Origin: Candidatus Micrarchaeia archaeon
GTDB lineage: Archaea; Micrarchaeota; Micrarchaeia; Anstonellales; Bilamarchaeaceae
Assembly (NCBI GenBank): GCA_046538155.1
Contig: JBKHJL010000019.1
Span: 1 to 21,011 of the forward strand
Direction of reading: 5' to 3'
Length of the DNA: 21,011 nucleotides
Both the position numbers and the translations under genes were made by a program. Positions within the stretch are counted from its first letter, which is position 1; the number at the start of each line of letters is the position of its first letter. The notes under the pieces are model-generated. The model was given only the letters and a program-made list of their open reading frames with translations, had not been told where the DNA came from and made no database searches. Below, in pieces: positions 15,884 to 21,011 of this stretch.

Positions 15884-16519
15884 TTAAGCCAGGGTTATCT
15901 CAATTCTCTCCTTTCCTGAACCAATGTTCTTTCGCTTGAGTTTTATTTTTCCTATTTCTCCCAGGGACTTCACATGGGTTCCGCCACATGGATATTTGAG
16001 GTCCATGCACTCCCACCACCATTTTTGGGGATTTTCAGGGTCAGGGTAGGTTCTTGCAGGGTGGTTTTCCTCAATAAGCCTGTTGACTGCTTCCTCAACC
16101 GGAGGAAGGAGTTCGGAAACAGAATCCGGGTGCTCAAAATCCATCCTTGCCTTAACCTCCGTTACGTTTGAGCCTATAAGCTTTTTGGGGGCATGTTGCT
16201 TGGAAAACACACCGTAAACAAGGTGGGCGACGGAATGGAGGCGCATTATTTTCTTTCGTTTTTCCATGTCTATCTGGACCTGGACCCTGTCCCCTGCCTT
16301 CAGGTTGGCGCCTTCTTCAAGCCTGTAGAAAATTTCCGGGCCTTGAGCACGCGCTTCAAGCACTTTGAAGCCGCCTATGGTGCCGGAATCGGACTGCTGA
16401 CCACCGGAAAAAGCAAAAAATACGGTTTTGTCGAGAGTGACTTCCTGCCCGTCCAAAGATGCCACCGTAGCTTCGCAGGAACCCAAATACGGGTCTTTCC
16501 TGAATAATTTCTCAACCAT
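15884..16519 (-). CDS. alaX: Free-standing alanyl-tRNA editing protein AlaX (AlaX-M like)
   Basis: LDKTVFF..GGQQSDSG, MRLHSVAH (HxxxH), CGGTHV (CxxxH). ATG 16519 has GGAGTG upstream; alternative GTG at 16528. Confidence 0.92.
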   Translation of the reverse strand: MVEKLFRKDPYLGSCEATVASLDGQEVTLDKTVFFAFSGGQQSDSGTIGGFKVLEARAQGPEIFYRLEEGANLKAGDRVQVQIDMEKRKKIMRLHSVAHLVYGVFSKQHAPKKLIGSNVTEVKARMDFEHPDSVSELLPPVEEAVNRLIEENHPARTYPDPENPQKWWWECMDLKYPCGGTHVKSLGEIGKIKLKRKNIGSGKERIEITLA

Positions 16520-16551
16520 GACAACCACTCCACTAACTTAAAAGAGTAGGG

Positions 16552-16568
16552 TTTATAAACTTTTTAAG
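16552..16568. promoter_or_regulatory. TATA elements of the divergent alaX / PRC-barrel-rnhB promoters
   Basis: Palindromic TTTATAAA (16552-16559) followed by TTTTTAA (16561-16567), at typical spacing to both starts. Confidence 0.5.
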
Positions 16569-16591
16569 TAATAAACTCTCGGTGCGTTCCA

Positions 16592-16852
16592 ATGGGCAAA
16601 TACACACTCGCTAGGCAATTGTCAGGAAAAAAGGTCATCACCAACGACGGTGAGGAGTTCGGAAGACTCGTTGATGTAAACATAAATGAGATAACCGGAA
16701 AAATCGAGGAGCTTATTGTTGAGCCCAACCCGGATAATCCGCTTGCTGAAGAGATGAGGCAGGAGGATGGACTGATTATGTGTCCCTATGATGCGGTACT
16801 CGCAGTAGGGGACTTCGTAATTGTTGAAAAAAGAAGCTTCCATACAGAGTAG
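16592..16852 (+). CDS. PRC-barrel protein, resembling archaeal cell-division CdpB proteins
   Basis: LSGKKVITNDGEEFGRLVDVNINEITGKI, PYDAVLAVGDFVIV. Confidence 0.88.
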   Translation: MGKYTLARQLSGKKVITNDGEEFGRLVDVNINEITGKIEELIVEPNPDNPLAEEMRQEDGLIMCPYDAVLAVGDFVIVEKRSFHTE

Positions 16853-16857
16853 GGCTC

Positions 16858-17481
16858 ATGCTCATCTCTGGTGTGGATGAAAGCGGAAGAGGGCCAGTGC
16901 TTGGTCCGCTTGTCATTTCCTTAGCGAGTGTGGAGGAGGAAAAACAGGGGGAACTGTCTGAAATGGGAGTTACTGATTCTAAAAAGCTCACTGCCCCCAG
17001 GAGAGAAGAACTTTTTCCTGAAATAAAGAAACTGTGCAGGTGCACTTCCAGGGTTATTACAGCTTCGGAGCTGAACAAGAGAATGGGGAGAGAATCCCTC
17101 AACCTGATCGAAGCAAAAGAAATGGGGGCCCTCCTCAGGCCGCTGGAAGGGAAACTCTACCTGGACCTCCCGGAAAGGAACGTGGAGCATTTCCTGAGAA
17201 AGGCAGGACTTGCGGAAAGAAGGATTTTTGCAGAGCATAAGGCGGATTTGAAATACCCTATTGTCGGGGCTGCATCAATAATAGCAAAAGTTACACGGGA
17301 CAGGATAGTGCACGAACTGGAAGAAAGGGTTGGGGAAAAAATAGGCTGTGGATATACTTCTGATAAAAATACTATTGCTGCATTGAGCAGTCCGGAGACA
17401 AGGAAAAAACTGAAGGGGGAGATACGGGAACGGTGGAGCACAGTGGAGCGCATCCTCCAGCCCAAACTTACTGATTTTTGA
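16858..17481 (+). CDS. rnhB: Ribonuclease HII
   Basis: GVDESGRGPVLGP, DSKKL, EHKAD, AASIIAKVTRD, GCGY, C-terminal PIP box QPKLTDF. Confidence 0.96.
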   Translation: MLISGVDESGRGPVLGPLVISLASVEEEKQGELSEMGVTDSKKLTAPRREELFPEIKKLCRCTSRVITASELNKRMGRESLNLIEAKEMGALLRPLEGKLYLDLPERNVEHFLRKAGLAERRIFAEHKADLKYPIVGAASIIAKVTRDRIVHELEERVGEKIGCGYTSDKNTIAALSSPETRKKLKGEIRERWSTVERILQPKLTDF

Positions 17482-18586
17482 CTCCGGTCTTCTGCTCTTT
17501 GTCCATAATAAAGTAATTCAGGGCCATCTTTGCCTCTGAATCGCTCATCTGGACGGGCGGATGCTTCATCAGATAGGCTGAAGCGGACTCTATTGCGCCC
17601 CCACAACTGCGGTCCAGGGCAATTTTTGCTGCGCGCACCGCATCCACCACAATTCCTGCAGAATTAGCTTTGTCATCCACATCCAGTTTCAGGTCTATTT
17701 TATAGGGGATGTCCGCCCACTGTCGGCCTTCCATATAAAGAAAGCAGAGCTTTGTATTTTTTAGGAATGGAATGTGGTCACTGGGCCCTATGTGGATATT
17801 GTCTTCTGGTATGCGCTTTTTCATCTGGGACTGGACTGATTCAGTCTTGGAAACCTTCTTGGATTCCAGGCGGGAACGCTCAAGCATATTCTGGAAATCC
17901 GTATTCCCCCCTACATTGAGCTGGTAGGTCTTGTCCAGCTCTGCACCGCGGTCCTGGGTAAGGCGGGTTAAGACGCGGTGGACAATTGTTGCGCCCAGCT
18001 GGCCTTTTATGTCATCACCTATTACAGGGATTCCTTTTTCCCGGAAGCGGCTTTCCCAGTCCGGGTCTGAAGCAATGAACACGGGCATGCAATTTACGAA
18101 TGCGGTTCCTGTTTCCAGACAGACCTCTGCCCAGAACTCTGCCGCCTTCTGGCTGCCCACCGGGAGATAGCTCACTATGATTTCCGTTCCGGTTTCTTTT
18201 ATGTGGTCCTTTATCCTTTCCCTCAACTCATCAGGGGAATTTTTCTGCACCGGGTTGATTACGTCCTTTACATATTTGCCTACGCCATCCAGGACAGGGG
18301 ACTCCTGTACGATTACCTCACTCCTGGGGAGCTTAATCCAGTTCACCATGTTGGGAGCAGCATAAGTGGCTTCATCAAGGGTTCTTCCTACCTTGTTGGA
18401 AGCTACATCAAAAGCTGAAACAAATTCAATGTCCTGGGTGCGGTAGCCGGCCATATCCTGGTGCATCAGGCCGATTACCTCCTTTTTGGGATTGTCCTCG
18501 TAATAATGGAGACCCTGGTAGAGCCCTGCAAAGCAATTCCCTACTCCAACTACACCGCATTTTATTTTGCCCATGTTGGACACCAT
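17468..18586 (-). CDS. ino1: myo-inositol-1-phosphate synthase
   Basis: GVGNC, SYLPVGS, GDDIKGQLGAT, QLNVGGNTDF, SKKVSKT, GPSD, DKANSAG. Start is 18586 or 18574; TTTATATA at 18607-18614. Confidence 0.95.
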   Translation of the reverse strand: MVSNMGKIKCGVVGVGNCFAGLYQGLHYYEDNPKKEVIGLMHQDMAGYRTQDIEFVSAFDVASNKVGRTLDEATYAAPNMVNWIKLPRSEVIVQESPVLDGVGKYVKDVINPVQKNSPDELRERIKDHIKETGTEIIVSYLPVGSQKAAEFWAEVCLETGTAFVNCMPVFIASDPDWESRFREKGIPVIGDDIKGQLGATIVHRVLTRLTQDRGAELDKTYQLNVGGNTDFQNMLERSRLESKKVSKTESVQSQMKKRIPEDNIHIGPSDHIPFLKNTKLCFLYMEGRQWADIPYKIDLKLDVDDKANSAGIVVDAVRAAKIALDRSCGGAIESASAYLMKHPPVQMSDSEAKMALNYFIMDKEQKTGVKNQ

Positions 18587-18668
18587 TTAGCATTGACTAA
18601 TGGTTGTTTATATAGTACTAATGAATAAATATGTATAGGTAAGCGGGAGGGGCAAGGAGTTTGATACA

Positions 18669-18696
18669 TTTTTAAACTTTTTTAGACACTAAAAAA
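18669..18696 (+). promoter_or_regulatory. TATA box followed by an 8-bp inverted repeat (candidate operator)
   Basis: TTTTTAAA (18669-18676), then TTTTTTAG-aca-CTAAAAAA (18678-18696), ending 2 nt before ATG 18699. Confidence 0.5.
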
Positions 18697-18698
18697 AT

Positions 18699-19535
18699 AT
18701 GGGGAAATTTTTTGTAAAAAAAGGGGGAGAAAAAGCACTGGGCAGCAGAATTTCGGATATAAAAAGGAAGATCACTAGTGCTATTGCCAGATATAAAGAA
18801 ATCAACCTTGACAAAGAGCAGGCCGTCTGGCTGATGACGCTCAGGAACATGGAGGCTGCAGACGCATCACTAAAGGGGCATAGTGGAAATCTGGCACTGA
18901 GCTGGAATGGGAAAAATTGCTTTGAAGTTGAGTTGCTCAACCAGAAAAAAGGAACAGGGAGGGAGGTTGTTACTTCCCCTGACATACTGGGGTATACCCC
19001 GATTATCACTTCCCAAAAAAATATGGCAACCAGAAAAAACTATGAAACAGTATTCTGCAGGAACTCGCTTTTCCTGGAATCCCGGGAAAAAATGGCAATG
19101 CTCATGTCAGGAAAAAAATATTTTGAAGGTCTTGAAAATATAATGTCTGCGGACCCCTCCTTTGCAGACAAGCTTGAGAGGCCCGGGACCAGGGATTTGC
19201 TGAGGGGTGCTGCTTATGGGGGCATAGCCGGGGCAGCTATTGCCGGCATCTCATCAGCCATAATTAATGTGCATCCGGGTTTTGTTGCAGGGTTTGCAGG
19301 GACCGCTGCATTAATTTTTGGGGCAAGAAGTTACATGGAACATAAAAAAATGGTCAGAACTATTGAATTCGCCTGCAAGATGGGAGAAGAAGTTTCGGCA
19401 TCTGCAGAAAAAATTGTGGACGCTATTGAATACAACTCCAGGGAATTGCTTAAGCTAAACAGAGAACTTGAAAAGAGGGAGGCAGGGATTATATCGGAAC
19501 AGCTCAACTTACAAGAGCCTTTAACAAAGTCATGA
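18699..19535 (+). CDS. Hypothetical protein with Gly/Ala-rich hydrophobic hairpin and C-terminal coiled-coil-like region
   Basis: 278-aa ORF with its own TATA box; GAAYGGIAGAAIAGISSAII...GFVAGFAGTAALIFG. Overlaps the 3' end of the convergent reductase by 32 nt. Confidence 0.7.
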   Translation: MGKFFVKKGGEKALGSRISDIKRKITSAIARYKEINLDKEQAVWLMTLRNMEAADASLKGHSGNLALSWNGKNCFEVELLNQKKGTGREVVTSPDILGYTPIITSQKNMATRKNYETVFCRNSLFLESREKMAMLMSGKKYFEGLENIMSADPSFADKLERPGTRDLLRGAAYGGIAGAAIAGISSAIINVHPGFVAGFAGTAALIFGARSYMEHKKMVRTIEFACKMGEEVSASAEKIVDAIEYNSRELLKLNRELEKREAGIISEQLNLQEPLTKS

Positions 19536-20718
19536 GCTGGGGTCTTCCTGCAACCACTTTTGCAACCGGGCCTGCAAATTTCCCTGCCATCACATCATTG
19601 AGATCCTTGTCGGTTATTGTCTTGAAAATGTAGTTAAAATCATCGTCTGAGGCAGATTCCATTACCTTGCGCAAAAGAAGGCGCTTGGCAACTTTTTTTC
19701 CGGGACCTTCCCTCCATATGGTTTCGTATTCCTTCAGTCTGGCTTCGGAGTAATCCCTGGCTTTGTGGGCCTTGAGAATAGTGTTTGCAGCCATTACCCC
19801 GGATTCCATTGCGAGGGCGATTCCTCCCCCATGGATAGGGTCGACCTGGCGGGCTCCTGTTCCTACCACCATGAAATTGTCTTTTACAAACAAGTCAATA
19901 GGCGCACCTACTGAGATTACCCCCCCGAAATCCTCAAGGGTGGAGGCATTTTTGAGCTGATTGTGGTTTTCTATAAACCGGTCAAGGTAGTCCTTGGGTG
20001 TGGCGCCCCTTATTCCTCCCTCTTTTTCACCGGTTTCCAGGTGGGCGCCTATTCCTATTCCTACATTAGCTTTCTTGTCTGCCTTGGGAAAAATCCATAC
20101 GTAGCCGCGGGGCGAAACCGCGTTTCCAAAATATAACTCTATGAGATTTTCGTGGTCATATTCCTGCATTTCATACTGGTAACAGGTATCAACATCATAG
20201 AGGGTGGAAAGAGCGCGGAAGCCTGCTTTCCTTGCAAGGGAAGCCTCCATCCCCTCTGCAGAAATTACCAGGGGGGCGGTTACTTCGTAGGGGTCACGGT
20301 CACCATGGGTTACCTTTACACCGGAGGTTTTCCCTTCTTTTTTTACTAGGTCAAAAACGCGGGTATAAGACTGGACACGGGCACCTTTATGGACTGCCTG
20401 CTCCATAAGCCACTTATCAAACATTTTTCTTTCAAGCACCCAACCGGTGGTTTCCTTGTCTTTCCAGACAATTTCGGAGCCATCTGGTGCAACAACCTTT
20501 GCGCCATGGATATCTGTGGAGATGCACTGCTTAGGGATATCTATGCCCTGGGCAACAACCTCTCGGGCCCCAAGGCCTTCGCCACAGCGCACCGGTTCCC
20601 CAAGCTCCTTGCGCTTGTCAAAAACCATCACATCCAGGCCCTCTTGGGCAAGAATGCGGGAGATCGTTGCTCCGGTTGGGCCTGCGCCTACAATGATTAC
20701 ATCGTGGTCATAATCCAT
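19504..20718 (-). CDS. Digeranylgeranylglycerophospholipid (geranylgeranyl) reductase family flavoprotein
   Basis: DVIIVGAGPTG, PVRCGEG, LERKMFDKWL, PRGYVWIFPK (PxxYxWxFP), DPIHGGGI. ATG at 20718 lies 5 nt after the ferredoxin stop. Confidence 0.92.
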   Translation of the reverse strand: MDYDHDVIIVGAGPTGATISRILAQEGLDVMVFDKRKELGEPVRCGEGLGAREVVAQGIDIPKQCISTDIHGAKVVAPDGSEIVWKDKETTGWVLERKMFDKWLMEQAVHKGARVQSYTRVFDLVKKEGKTSGVKVTHGDRDPYEVTAPLVISAEGMEASLARKAGFRALSTLYDVDTCYQYEMQEYDHENLIELYFGNAVSPRGYVWIFPKADKKANVGIGIGAHLETGEKEGGIRGATPKDYLDRFIENHNQLKNASTLEDFGGVISVGAPIDLFVKDNFMVVGTGARQVDPIHGGGIALAMESGVMAANTILKAHKARDYSEARLKEYETIWREGPGKKVAKRLLLRKVMESASDDDFNYIFKTITDKDLNDVMAGKFAGPVAKVVAGRPQLMTLLKALVS

Positions 20719-20723
20719 GGAAA

Positions 20724-20942
20724 TCACTTCTGCCCTTCTTTCTTTTCCTCCTGCTGTGCCTTTTCCTTGGGGATGAACCTGATTGCGTTTGCAGGGCAGG
20801 CCCTTGCGCATGCGCCGCAGGAAATGCACTTCTCTGGGTGGAAAACCATCCTGAGGCCATCTAATTCAATTGCCCCTGTTGGGCACACTGATGCGCATCC
20901 GATGCACTGGATGCATCTGGAGTGATTTATTTCAATAGGCAT
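20724..20942 (-). CDS. 2x[4Fe-4S] ferredoxin
   Basis: CIQCIGCASVCP and CISCGACARACP; TTTTTAA (minus) at 20966-20972 upstream. Confidence 0.95.
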   Translation of the reverse strand: MPIEINHSRCIQCIGCASVCPTGAIELDGLRMVFHPEKCISCGACARACPANAIRFIPKEKAQQEEKKEGQK

Positions 20943-21011
20943 GCTTTGAAAATGTCGGGTGAAGATTAAAAAGTTAGCGATGAGATAGTTCTAAGGAGAA
21001 AAGGTGGCCAT

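Noticed and set aside
3552..20925. Numerous 60-190 aa antisense or alternative-frame ORFs
   Set aside because: They are shadows of well-supported genes, with no motifs or independent expression signals.
20995..21011. Start of a further plus-strand gene (GGTG followed by AT at the edge)
   Set aside because: Truncated by the window end, so it cannot be supported.

Overview
Archaeal genomic window, most likely DPANN and probably Micrarchaeota. This is inferred from TATA-box promoters, ether-lipid genes, a PIP-box RNase HII and a three-unit epsilon2-type tRNA splicing endonuclease with an ARMAN-specific loop. The left ~2.4 kb looks accessory: a tyrosine recombinase broken by an internal deletion/frameshift, followed on the same strand by two small, apparently paralogous proteins and a caspase/gingipain-fold (clan CD) His-Cys protease-like gene, then a hairpin-dense stretch at the window edge. 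The rest is a densely packed backbone: lipoprotein, degenerate KaiC-like ATPase-Roadblock-TldD, NAD(P)HX dehydratase, GGGP synthase-pyrE-pyrF, SDR epimerase, a long divergent RelA/SpoT homologue, orphan DNA methyltransferase, RNase HI, bPH protein, a second single-unit EndA-like protein, HExxH metallopeptidase, epsilon2 EndA, AlaX, PRC-barrel (CdpB-like), RNase HII, inositol-phosphate synthase, a membrane orphan, geranylgeranyl reductase and ferredoxin. No tRNA, rRNA or CRISPR array was recognised. The best leads are the integrase-linked protease module, the archaeal long RSH and the extra EndA paralogue. All family calls come from motif recognition by eye; no searches were run.
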